Source of the DNA: Octopus sinensis
Lineage: Eukaryota
Direction: 5' to 3'
DNA length: 64,000 bases
Assembly (NCBI RefSeq): GCF_006345805.1
Contig: NC_042998.1
Location: 117,366,001 to 117,430,000 of the forward strand
Shown here piece by piece: positions 12,705 to 25,724 of this stretch. Both the position numbers and the translations under genes were made by a program. Under the pieces are notes generated by a model. It was given only the letters and a program-made list of their open reading frames with translations, was not told the DNA's origin and made no database searches. Numbering within the stretch: the first letter of the stretch is position 1; each line of letters starts with the position of its first letter.

Positions 12705-13059
12705 TGTGTAAGTTTGTGTGTCTCCTATGTGTGTTTGGTTCTCACATACATGCACATAGTTGTCCAATATGCAATACGCATTGAGGAACCAGAAAAACAG
12801 TTACTCCGATATTAGACGATAGAACTGGTGTTACTTATTACTTATTACCAGAAGTGTTTATATTAAAGAATATTTCTTGTGTTAAAGAGTAAACTAACAA
12901 TACTATGGCACGGCAGAAGGAGTGACTATAACTCTATATTACTAGGAGCCTGAAATCACTACAAACAGTTTATGTGTCATAGATAATTTTTAAAAAAAAC
13001 AACTGAAACGTAACATGTATTGTAACCAAAGTCGAACACTGTGTACTCTGAGAATTTTG

Positions 13060-13780
13060 TAACCTGTTCATAACACAACACTTTTTTGATCTTATGCATA
13101 TTCCTGGCATACATTTTCATGTCATTCACAAAGAAGCAATGTGTAATCTTGGTATTTCTCCTTTTTGGTGAACCAGTGAGATACTTTTCAGACATCCTGG
13201 ACACTAGGGGCTTTACTGAAAGTAGCGGCATTTCGTCCGTCTTTACGCTTTGAGTGTGAACAGCATCACAGAAACGCTGGCCATTGAAATATACCTATGT
13301 GATACTGTACTTTATCTATGATAAAACAATCACACCTTCCATTTAACTTTAATATTGTGAATACGATGGCAGCAGTTTATCTATGGTTCTGACTATTCTT
13401 TCCGGAAATTTAGAGAGTACGGATATAGTCAAAGTATTTCTTGTAGTCTAACCACCCCTTGAAACTAGGTTCCTCCACCCACTTGTTCTTCTGTGGTGAT
13501 GTTATTACTTTCAAAATGGTCATGGAGGAAGAGGTTTAAACATGCTGTATATATTTTACACATGTTCTGACATGCAATGGACAGGTAGTTATCACCCATG
13601 TGCATGTTTCTTCGTTTGGGGATCAGTTTTTTCTCTGCCAGAGTTAACCAGTGGAGTATGCTATTTTTCTCGCTGTAAGATTGCTGACACATGTTGGAAA
13701 CACATAGGGCCGGTAGTAGATTCTTTCTCATACCAGTACACAACAATCAAAGATGTACATGACAGTATCCACCTAAGCAC
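13060..13780 (-). pseudogene. Degraded R4/Dong-clade LINE reverse transcriptase fragments
   Basis: KLIPK...DNYLSIACQNMCKIYTACLNLFLHDHFESNNITTEEQVGG resembles the early RT motifs (LIPK, NYRPITC, EQ.G). KITHCFFVNDMKMYARN resembles the HLLFMDDLKLYA catalytic motif. The intervening sequence is deleted or interrupted by a SINE fragment. Confidence 0.7.
13221..13258 (+). mobile_element. SINE family 2 fragment
   Basis: agtagcggcatttcgtccgtctttacgctttgagt matches the family 2 body. Confidence 0.6.
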
Positions 13781-14409
13781 CCGCAAAGAGAACTGAAGCT
13801 CCTGAAATAAGCGTTTCTTCTGACTTGTCCAGAGATATCATCTAAGAGCAAAGACACATCTATTTCTCAATCTATTGTAACCACCATTCTTCATGACATA
13901 GCAGACAGATTTGTGGATATAGTAGTGCATATATGTTTCCAAAACCACATTTCGTCCTTTAACTAATGCTTATCATATGCAGTGCTAATTTTACTTACAG
14001 TTATGCTTGGTATATGTTGTACTATACACCATTAAAGGTCCCACACAGTAATAATAATAACGTTGTTGTAAAATAATAACGTTGTTGTAAAATTCAAATG
14101 TTTTAAATGTTACACAAATTTTACATTTTATTAACTTTAAATCTATCGCAAAATGTGAGCCATATATTATATCTCCATATATATTTGACTTTCCAAATAC
14201 AGTTTTAGATAAAGAATGTAGTCTCCATCTATATTTAACCCCTCTGAGAAGCATATATATACATTTATCATCATTATATTGATTTCATCATATACTGCTT
14301 TGATTGTTATCTGCCTACGTATAATATACATTATTCTTTACTGAATATCATATCGTTATATATTAGTGTGCTGATCGATTGTATATATCTGCATACACAA
14401 ATACATACA

Positions 14410-14531
14410 AGCATGTATATGTATATGTATATGTATATCTATCGATATTTCTCTCTGTCTATCTACCATCTATCTATTTGTCTGTCTGTGTGTCTCTCTC
14501 ATTTTCTCTCTCTCTCTCTATCTCTCTCTCT

Positions 14532-14586
<55 letters not shown>

Positions 14587-14595
14587 ATATGTATG
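14410..14595. repeat. Compound (TATG)/(CT)/(TA) microsatellite
   Basis: Direct inspection. Confidence 0.85.
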
Positions 14596-14853
14596 TATGC
14601 CGATTGGCATATGCATGTGCAACAAGACAGACATTCATACAAGCCCACACACATTTCTAAGTCTTATATTTATGAAAACTGACATTTTGTTTATGGAATT
14701 ATGTTATTGTTATTAGTTCTGTATTCGTTTTGTATTTCTACAAAAGAATAGATTTATATCAATATAAGATATGTCTCATTATTTAATTCTCTATTTTATA
14801 TTAGAAATGAATAAAATTATTGATTACGGCATTAATATTAAATATCCAAAATT

Positions 14854-15066
14854 AAGGCGGTGAGCTGGTAGAATCGGTAGCGCATCGGGCATAATGCTTA
14901 GCGGCATTTCGTCCGTTTTTAAGCTTTGACTACAAATCCCACCGAGGTCGACTTTGCCTTTCATGCTTGCACGGTCGATAAAATATGAAGCAGTTGAGCA
15001 CTGGGTCGCTGTACACGGTTTTTCCTTTGCCCTGTAATTGCTGGACGTGTGTAAAAATTTAAAACC
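14854..15066 (+). mobile_element. tRNA-derived SINE family 2, near full length
   Basis: aaggcggtgagctggtagaatcggtagc...gaggtcgactttgcctttcat...tttaaaaccaatt. Confidence 0.85.
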
Positions 15067-16859
15067 AATTTTAAATATCCAAATATATCGTATTAAATAA
15101 ATTACAATTATACATCTTAATATACAGGGCGTCGCAGAAATTGATTACAGCTGAAGAATGTTATTGTTTATAGTTACTTTCAGTTTGCATTGCACTTTTA
15201 AAGGTTGACGTTCCTGCATTCCTTTCTTATCTTTAATCTATAAATACAAGTGCCGTATTTACATTAAAACTGGCATTAAACTTCTTTCTAAAATCTATTG
15301 TCTTGTGCGAAATTAAGTGGCTTTAAGTTGAGAGCCCAAATCTCTAAAACAAACAAAGTGTAAAATACCTCACCCTATTTAGGTACTCTATGACAATTGT
15401 CAGTCCAGATACAGACTATATGCGTTTTCGTATTATATCACACAAATGAGGTTTCAAGTACGACATTTAAAATGTTGGATATTGCTTCTATTGTTTATAT
15501 TTCTCAGGTATAAAAGATGAATAGATGGCATCAGTTAAACATAAGAAATCAATATTTATGAATGCGATAAGAAATTTGCACCCTAAAGTACGATCGAAAC
15601 TCTACATTCTGGCTCAATAATAAACAACCCCTGCATTATGATGCTTGTATAGGTATATATAAATTTTAAACCACACATACCAAAGAAAAAAGAATTTTTT
15701 AAAAATATTTCGTATTCCATTCACAATCTAAATATATAGAAATGTTGTTTTAAGCATAGCATTTTCTATAAGACCCATTTCAATGCTTCTGATTTGGCAT
15801 TTATCATAAATAATTTCTGGTAAACGTAGTGATTTTGAATTTTATTTAGACCTAAAGAAATGAGGTAGCAATAGAAATATATTACAGATATTTGTCCTCA
15901 TTATTTATATTGAACATTGAACAATGTTTTGCGCATTGCTCTTTATAATATATATTTTAAAATTCAGTTTAAAATTTATTTGCAATAACCAATGGAAAAT
16001 AAATTAATCAATATTGCTTTTTAGAGACTGTTATTTGAGTTACAAAATTTTCCTGGAACCCTTTATATTACAACCTATTTTGTATGATGTATGATATACA
16101 ATAATTGGATTTAGGTGTATACATTCGAGAGTGCGAGTAAAATTAACTAGATCGCATTAATAAAAATAAAGTAATTCCAATTTACTGAAGCAATCGCCTT
16201 TCCCCAGTTATTGTATACCCGTCATATTAGTGTCTCTTATAATCAAGCACATTCCTTTGTCTTCGGCGTTTTTGCTAACAGAACTCTTCTCAGGAAGAGC
16301 ATCGTATCTTTTCCACTTGATTAGAAAGTATGTTGATATATTCTGGAAAGATTCAGCTATGATTCTATTAATATGAATGATAAATAATTTTGCTTTGGTA
16401 TTGCAATCGAAGTAAGTATGCGAACTGAACATGAAGCTGTGGATCAAAATGACCAATTAGATTACGTTTACAAGAGAAGAAAGGAATAGATATATAGATT
16501 GTTGTCCTTATGGTATTTAATGATCTGTAATATAAACTAAAACATTAGTAAAACAAGAGAGTGTGTCTTTTACAACTAAGTATTGTGTAAAAATTATAAT
16601 ACCTCAGTCGTAATTGTAAAAAAATTAGTGCAGGAAAAAATTTTATATTTGGCATTTAAAAGCGATTAGTACTAGACACATACTCATACATATGTGTATA
16701 TACGTAGCTATGTGTGTGCATATATACATATACATATATATGTGTGTGTCTTCGTGCGTGTGTGAGTGTGTGAGTGTGTGTGTGTGAGTGTGTGTGAGTG
16801 TGTGTGTGTGAGTGCGTGTGTGGTGTGTGTGCGAGGGGTGTGCCTGTGTGTTTATTTAA

Positions 16860-17960
16860 CTAGACAGAGACCTTTGAAGATCAAAGAGTTATGGAAGCGT
16901 CAGCATTCAACTTTACAGAGAGTACTAACAAATATGAAGGACACATATATGTACTTTGGTGTCTAGGTAAATTGAATAATTTTTGATTTAATTTATACTT
17001 GATGTCTAGCTGATCAGATAGTTCTTAGTTATCTTTATCGAGCAGAAGTTGTATCTGATTTCCTAAAAATGAAAAAGAACTATAAAACCAAAGAGATATT
17101 TAGTCTTTACTAATCAAATATTTCTACTCTCCGTTTACAAGATGAATCTACTTAAAATCAATGGTACTGAAAGTATTTGAAAAGATAGTTAGGACATTTC
17201 AGGTTTGTTTTCAAAATCGCTTCACAATTATGGTACTGAAAATCTGGAAAATAATAATTTTCAATATGTTGGAATTGACACTGAGTACATCAATTCATGA
17301 AAACGCAAACCTGATTATTTAACAGACGGAAGAATGCATCGTTTGATTTTGTGACTATCCTAATTGTCAACATGGAGAATGAATACACAATCCATTGGAT
17401 TAGAAAAATGCTGTACTTATTTCACTCTAGCAGGTAAAAAGTTTTCATTTCCATTTGTGGTAAGAATCACTGTATTTACTTAGATTTAGCTGTACGTAAA
17501 TAGCTATCGCCAGATTTTCAATGAATAGAGTACACACATATATATGCACTGTTATTGTCCCAGATTTTCAAGGCGGATTTAAATCAGGTAATACGGTAGG
17601 TGCAACAGATGTGATCTTTTGCACCAATCAGATGCAATAGAAAGTAGTTGAAGAAAGAGTTTCCCTATAGCAAGATTTCAATCCCTATATTCTGAAATGA
17701 ACTTGAAGACTTAGAATGAATTGGCTTTGCAACGTTCAAGGAACAAATCTTACCTCAAATAGCTCTGAGAAATAGCCACCAAATGTTTTGTCTATTATGG
17801 TTGTGCATTCAATTCCTTGATTTAGTCATGTGAAACGTGGCTGTCGTATCTAAGACACATGGAATTTTGGAGAAACTTCACTAGGAAAGTCCAAATTGTA
17901 TATAAATCCTTTAGTTGGAAATACAGGGAAAATGCATTATTAATAAAGTTACAATTATAC
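16860..17960 (+). pseudogene. Degraded RTE-clade LINE RT remnant
   Basis: 17557-17680 translates VPDFQGGFKSGNTVGATDVIFCTNQMQ*KVVEERVSL*QDF, like RTE PESQCGFR...TDMIF..RQLQEK. The boundaries are approximate. Confidence 0.5.
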
Positions 17961-19271
17961 ATATTACAATAATATCAGCGCAAAGGACTGTTAAGGGATA
18001 CGGTAATTAAAATAACTTTGTGACATGTTTCAAATCCTGAAGAAAAAATAATCTGACTTATGGCAGAAAAATTTTAAAAAGTGTTAAACATAAGAAACAT
18101 CGATATTTGGGAATGCTACAGAGTGCAACACTGGACATATATGGTGTTTGTAGTCGAGCAGGGAACAGTAACAAAAATAAACTAGATTACAAAGGAATAA
18201 ACGATCGTCTTATGAACTTTACTAGCTTACATATGCTTCCGCAATACATAAGATGCGGTGGATTCATAGTTCGTGCTTGAGTAGCAACTTCTTGGACGCT
18301 TAGAACAACTAACATGTAGTGCCGTTCGTGTTTGAGACTCCGATGAAGACATATGGGCCACCGCCGCAACGTATAGCGAGAAATAGAGTGTAATTTAATG
18401 AAGATATAAAATGATTGTCTAGACCTATTGCAGAGCAACATGAGATGAAGTGCTTTGCTTAAGAACACAACACGCCTCTCGGTTTAGGAATTATAATAGC
18501 GATCTTCCGATCATGAGTACAACACTCTAAACATTAAACCATGTACCCTCATATACATTCATGCATATATACATACACACACATATATACACATATACAT
18601 ATGTATGTACGTATGTATGTATGTTTGCATATAATCATGTATGTATGTGTATATACATATACATACGTGTATACAATAAAAAAACAAGCATTTTTGTCGT
18701 GACCAGATTTATACTAATAGCGTCATCACCATTCAACATTCTTGAGTAAAAAGATTACAGCAAATGTATAACTATTAATCTCCAATACTAAAAGCTTAGA
18801 GCGAGTGAGCAAACATGGCAATCATGTAGCAACTGCTTGTGAACAAAACTTAAGTGGATATTGATACAAACCAAACGTTCTGTCAGTGATACAGAGCAGA
18901 TATGAGAGACTGACATTCTCAAAGCAGTATTTGTTAAGATTTGCATTAAAAACGCTATTCTGTTTGCATTTACATTTTATGTCTAAGGTAGAGAAAGCAA
19001 GAATTTACATAATTTGATTTTATAGAATTAAAAGGCGTGTATTACTGACGTAAGATATTTTAGAATATTTCCAGAGTAAATAATGACAAACAATGAAAGA
19101 AAGTCTGCTCTAAACAGTGTGAGCATGAAAAATACATCTATTGACAAATACAATAAAAGAAACTAACAGTTATTCTCCCAGTATTTACAGACCGGATATT
19201 GATATATAATTCGAAAGGTTTCAATGTATTAGTTGAATATTTTTCCTCGTCACTTATATCAAAGTACATTG

Positions 19272-19307
<36 letters not shown>

Positions 19308-19624
19308 CGGAGATGTACTCGCATAGCAAGTAATTTGATCTGAGATCGTGTGCTGAAACGAAAACAATTGCAGCGTGGAAGGTGTTTATAAGCCATTTAA
19401 GAAACACACAAAAGCCGTTCGATTCACTTCAACATTTAAGTTTAATTTGTCAAAATATTTTCGTCGCTAAAATCCGTGATGCCAAGAACAAAACACTGTG
19501 CTCTTCATTCAATTTGTAATTTCTGCTGAGCAATATAAAATATGTATGTGTGTGTGTGCGCGCGCGTTTGTGCTTTCGTGAGTGTGTGTGTGCGCGCGCG
19601 TCTCTCTTATATGTTCTGCTATGT

Positions 19625-19790
19625 CTTTCAATTATTAGCCTGCAGTCATGCTGGAGCACTGCCTTGAAGAAACTGTAGTTGGATGAATCGACCTCAGTAC
19701 TTATATTTATTTCCGTTTTCTTTATTTATCGGACTATTTTACCGAACCTCTTACTTACGGAGACAAACACTGACACAACGATACACACAC
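19625..19790 (-). mobile_element. SINE family 1, 3' half
   Basis: gcagtcatgctggagcactgccttgaag...gaatcgacctcagtactta...accgaacc is the reverse complement of the family 1 3' body. Confidence 0.65.
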
Positions 19791-19859
19791 ATATTTGTGT
19801 GTCGAATTGTATACATTTATATATATATTATGTTAAATAAAATGTGACAACAAAACCAA

Positions 19860-20721
19860 TACTGTGTGGAATTTATAGGATATTTATAAAAAGAAAGGTA
19901 GTCTTACAGCTGTTTCTCGGATATTAGGTAAATCCCTTCATCAGAGACGATATGACAGAGTTAACTAGAGGGAAATTATAGAGTTCAATATAAGGAGTTA
20001 TTTCGAAAAAAAAATGGACATAGCAATCATAGAAGTAAATAAGAGAATAAAAATATGTTAAAATATATGAAGGATATTAAGATTGCAGTTCCATTATCCA
20101 AGGAAAGTGTTGTATATAATGGGTATAAATGTTTCTTGTCTATGGTATGTAGATTCCAACAGGACTCCATAGTTATTACAAGTGGATCGTGTGGGGATAT
20201 AAATTCCATGCGTCGTTCATTTAAAGGGGTCTTGTGGTGAGAATGAAATTTTGAGAATGTACTGCTAGAGGAAGTAGGTACAGACAAGAGAATAGATGTG
20301 TATCTTAGAAGGAGAATGATATTAGTCAAAAACAATTGGGGCGGAAAGAATAAAGTAAGAAAGAAAGAAAGAAATAAGGAGAAAAGAAAAAGAAATCAAT
20401 GATGGTGATCAAGATATTGCGAAGGGGATGAGAGTGGAGAGCTATCAGGATAAAAGGAATAGAGGAGGGAAGTGATAAGAAAGTAGGGAAGGGATGTATG
20501 TGAGAAGTTGAAGGTGGGGGTGATACGTTGGAAAGACTCTAAAGTGGGGTGACAGGTAAAGAATAAGGTACGGGAATGGACTAAAATGAGTAGTAAACAT
20601 CAAAAAGTAAGAGAAGAATAATAAGATATAACGATCAAGATTTTTAAAATAGACGTAGGTATTTACTAGCTAAAGTGATATTGGGAGCTGATTAACCACA
20701 GAAAGAAAGGAAGAAGTGAAA

Positions 20722-20779
<58 letters not shown>

Positions 20780-20786
20780 ATATATA

Positions 20787-20826
<40 letters not shown>

Positions 20827-20979
20827 GCGCGCACACATACACATATAAATGTGCATATGCACTATTAAATGGGCCTGCATATTTATGCACCTATACCAAT
20901 ACGCACACCTGCATTTATACATATACATATACATACATACACACAAGCACATATACATACATACTTATATATAGATACA

Positions 20980-21033
<54 letters not shown>

Positions 21034-23060
21034 CATACACGTATATACATGTTTGTATATGTATTATTAAACAATTAAGACAATTAAAATAAAAAATTGA
21101 AAAGTCAAAGAAATGCGACATTGGAATGTCAAATAAGGTTGTCGGATATTATCTAAGGACATATATACTGTGTGATGATTTATGTTGTATTTAGATTTGT
21201 GATAACATTTGTAGGTATGTAAAAAGTAGTGGTTGCATGTTCGTTAGTCCTCATTATACTTATTTAATAGTATTGCAGAGCTGTGTTTTAATATGTGGAA
21301 TGCCGTTTCTAGGCAGAACTTACAAGTTGAGCGGTGGCCTTGATATGGAAGTCCTGAATCTATTATGGATCTTGGCGAGTTACATGGAATATTCCTATTT
21401 TTCATGATATATGTGACTGGCGAGTGTTGTAGATTTACTGTGCTTCTCACATCAACAGGAATTGAGATGCACAGCGTATCGTTTTTTAAATATATATAGT
21501 TGATCCTATACATGCGGCACCAGAATTGTGTAGCGTGTCGAGGACGGTGCATTTATTAATTACTTTAGACATTCTATAAAGGGTTTGTAGAAGTAAATGG
21601 TCCCGGAACAGCAGGTATATGGTAGTGCATTGCGGAGATTATTTTCAGGAATGGATGAAGTAATATTGTCTAAGCAGAGGTTAGAATTGAAGGTAGATTG
21701 GTCTATGTTATTAACATTAAAATTACTAATATTATTACTATTTCCATTGTAGTATTTGTGGTGGAAGTCGGGTATCAGTGTTCTGGTTAGTGCTATTAGG
21801 ATTTGTTCAGTTTTCGGTATGGACTAAGGTATATGATTCGATATTGCAGATATGTATATGTTGGGCGCTTGTGTATTCAGAATTGTTATAGTGTTTATTT
21901 TGATGATAGAGAGAAATTCTTCGTCTATTAGGAGCTGTTATGATATACTCAAGTTTGAGTGTGGAAGAGTAGGATAGCGTTAAAGAAGATCTATTAAAAA
22001 TAGAACAATGTTTATGTTGATGAGGGAAGACGGAGTATAGTATATTAAAAAGGATTTGGTTAAGCTCCTCCGATTTTGTAATAAGGGAGGCGTATACCAT
22101 AGAACAGAGCGTCCTCGGCTTTATTTTCTGGTTGCTTAGAGATAGTACAATCTATATTAGTTTTAGCTTTCGACATGTTTTAGCTTTCGACATAGTGTTA
22201 TATGTGTGCATGTGGGGTCTAAGCTTTCTTAATCTGGATTCTCACGGTTGTTCAGATATAGTGTGTGGTCTTTTGTGATTATGATGGTTAGCGTGTCGTT
22301 GTGATATGATTTGAGGTATATGTTGCTTGATCCTAGTATAGAGATGTAATTTATTTGTTAGGAGAAGCCGCTGTCAGCGAACGCTTTGTTGTAATATGGG
22401 ATGGGATTTTTGAATATAGCTTCAGACGAAGACTTTCTCTCTATTATTAAAATAAACACAAAAACAACTCTGAATACACGAGCGCCCAACATATACATAA
22501 CTGCAATATGGAGTCCCATATTATCAAAGGAGGATTTTTGGTGTTTGGAATTAATGTTTAAGTAATTAAGGTAATGGTTGGGTTTGTGATATGGAAAGTA
22601 TTAGGAGGTTCCTAATTTTAATATGACGTCCAAAAAATTCGTGGTCTTGTGGAAATTTTCAAAAATAAATGATAGGTTGATGTTAGAGAAAAATGTGTGC
22701 ACACCTTTCCTAATTCGTTCTAAAGATGATTTACTAACGCCCTTGGTAACTAGTAAAGCGTGATCTCTGTATATATCAACCTTGATGTAAGGGAAGTGTT
22801 TTCGAAGTTGATGGAATAGGTATGGTCCAACGAGATCGGAGACATGGGCGGAGTTGGAGGATCCCATAGTAACGTCAAAGATGTTGCTATAGTTATTGTT
22901 ACAGTGGTTGGCCTGGCACAAATGTTTGTCCTCGAGAGAAATGAGAGTTTTACGAGCATTAAGAGAAAAGTTAATTTCAAGGCAGTAGGTTAGTGAGATT
23001 CAAGCTAGAAAGAAGGTCTGACTGAGATGCCTCGGAGCAATAGGTAAATAGTAATTATTT
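19860..23060 (-). mobile_element. Penelope-like retroelement (family A), degraded
   Basis: RT: FDVTMGSSNSAHVSDLVGPYL...DIYRDHALL...TNFLDVILKL. Linker: SIFNRSSLTLSYS. GIY-YIG C-terminus: SIIDSGLPYQGHRSTCKFCLETAFHIL...LLNKYNE. Pyrimidine-rich 3' region, terminal hammerhead. Confidence 0.85.
19901..19948 (-). ncRNA. Type I hammerhead motif (family A pLTR), intact core
   Basis: GUCU-CUGAUGA-AG GGAU UUACCUAAU AUCC GA-GAAAC AGCU GUA|AGAC. Palindromic ACAGCUGU helix III; base of helix II imperfect. Confidence 0.8.
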
Positions 23061-23224
23061 ATAACGAATTATGGGAATGAAGAAGAGTTTTTGTTGTTGA
23101 GTTCATCTGTTCAGAACCATAAGTTGACGTTCAGTTTCTATTTGACGATTGGTATTATTTTATTTTATCCAGAATGTTCTTGTTTATGCGATGTCCTATA
23201 TATATATATATATAGTTACATTTA

Positions 23225-23435
23225 TCTTTATTCTCTTAGCCCCTTTATCCATGCTTTTCCAAAATAGCTCCCCATATTGAACTCTACTACTTCCCTCTTT
23301 TTAACTCTCTCATATAGACTCCGATGAAGGAATATCCTTAATATCCGAGAATCAGTTGTATGACTACATTTCTCATTATAAATGTGATAAATGTCGTATA
23401 AATTCCACACAGCCTTGGTTGTGTTCTCATATTTT
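23225..23435 (+). mobile_element. Inverted pLTR of PLE family A with degenerate hammerhead (23317-23364)
   Basis: Homologous in inverted orientation to 19860-20050 (catattgaactcta...ttaactct...gact ccgatga...gaatc agtt gta tgac...ccacacag). Confidence 0.75.
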
Positions 23436-23593
23436 ATTTAACATCTACAGGCTCACACAAGGCCGTCATTAGAGACGTCAGTCGTATTATTATCGAAGCG
23501 AGAGACTAACTACGGCCCTCCCCTATCATTTACATTGCCTTACCTGCCACCTTGGATCTTCTGGATACCAATACCTACCATATATCTATGTAT

Positions 23594-23636
<43 letters not shown>

Positions 23637-23930
23637 CAATATATGCATATGTATATTATATACCCAAGCCTATTCCCCCTCTTTTAGGAGGGGTAGCCCA
23701 ACAAGACACACATCAGGCATTTCATTTATTTCCCAGTTCAAAGAGGTGTCAAAGTACAGAACGCTACCACCATTATCAGCAGCGGATCCCGGCAGCATAT
23801 GCTCGATTTTTCCCGCACTCATCCGTCCACAAACACTCTGCAAGATTTTCTATCGTTTGTATACTTTCTTGACTCTCACTCTAACACCTATAACTATCAA
23901 CGCTTTCCTCACTTCATCTACACAAATCGA

Positions 23931-23974
23931 TGTTTCATAAACCAATGTTTCATAAACCAATGTTTCATAAACCA
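23931..23974 (+). repeat. 15-bp tandem repeat x3 (tgtttcataaaccaa)
   Basis: Direct inspection; no spacers. Confidence 0.9.
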
Positions 23975-25587
23975 GTCACTTCTCAAATTTCCTTTTTCTT
24001 CACCTAAACTAAAATGATAAAACTTATTCTATTTGCAGCTAGCAGAAGCATGGTTATCTATCATCTACCGTCAACGATGTTTTATACAAATTGCGATACA
24101 TAAAATGTAATGATATTTGTTTTGCTTTGTCTACAGTATTCGACTGATTCTTGTACTACAATATAAGATATATGCTAAAATACTTTTATGCTGCATAGTA
24201 CAGCAATACTTAATTGATTTTGCTGATATCTTTAAAACAGAAGTCGCTGTATAACCAGCAAATATATTATGTACGTAATATTCGAAATTACAAAATATGT
24301 ATACATGATGAGTACAAAATTTTACAGGAACACATGTCCATAGAATTCTGAATGAATTGCACGTCCTAATAGATTTTGGCTGAAACTAATTATTTCTCCT
24401 AAATTTTGAAAAATCCAAAGAATTATAATCTGATTATTTTATTTAAATATTAATAAATATATTGTGCTCGTAAATATATTGCAGACTTTTATATATTTGA
24501 AAACGATTTTACCTCACAGCATGTTTCTAGAATTATAGTTATATTTATGAATTTACGTCAAATATTTTATAAAAGAATATTCAATATTAAGCTGGAAAAT
24601 CTGAAAGACTCGTAACAATTAACATTGACCGCTCCAGGCGCACACGCTCACACACATAATCAAAGATTTATATGTATACAAATATATTTGTTACGAATGT
24701 AAGTATATGTATGTATAATTCTATGCATATATGCGCGTATTGTGAGTGTATTATTCTATAACAAAAATTTTTAATTTTAATTACGCCGTTTCAATAAAAA
24801 TGCGGAAAACGAAACTTAAATCAACCACGACACATCTCAGAATGAATGCAGTTTGAAAAAATATATAATTAATTAAATATACTTCACAGATGACATCCAT
24901 ATTTTCTCCGTATAGAAGAGAGTTGATAGATACCACACGATAAAAAAGCAATAAGTTGGATCATGTTGAGCGGTATAGGGGCATTTATGCGGATAAACAA
25001 AATAGCTATATTATATTTATCAAATATATTAAATACAACATTTTGGACATGCAATACAAAATAGGCATATATGTACATATGCAAAAGAGAGAACGCATTC
25101 AAATGACGAATTTCAAAGTATAAATATATAGATATTTATATTAATTGGTCTAAATTTCACCGAGTACAAAAGACAGAGAGAATTATATTTAATATATTTA
25201 ATGTTTGTAATTTGTTTATCCATATAACTGAATCTAATTTGTTATATATATATATATATATATATATATTTAAGTTTGTAATTATCTATATGTATGTTTT
25301 TTTAACGGAATTAGACTCCTTTCTCCGTGTAAGTGGTTCGATCCATCCTGAGGATATTTTAGAGAATATAGATTGAGTGTTATTCGAGATCTGGAGTATA
25401 TAGAGATGACTATCATATAATTTTACCATTTTACATGTTTCAGTCATTTAACTGGACAGATGTTGTAGATATGTGTGAGTATGTAAGTGTGAATATGTAT
25501 TCGTAAGCATGCATATATTTGTAGATATCTGGATAGTTAGGCAGATAGATAAAGAGATAGATATACATACAGGAAGAAGGCAAACGA

Positions 25588-25724
<137 letters not shown>

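Noticed and set aside
15120-16050. Possible Tc1/mariner-type TIR pair (tatacagggcgtcgcagaaa ... tttcctggaaccctttata)
   Set aside because: The match between the ends is too loose to support without a consensus.
23931-23974. Three identical 15-bp repeats
   Set aside because: Not CRISPR: no spacers, no cas genes and a eukaryotic context.
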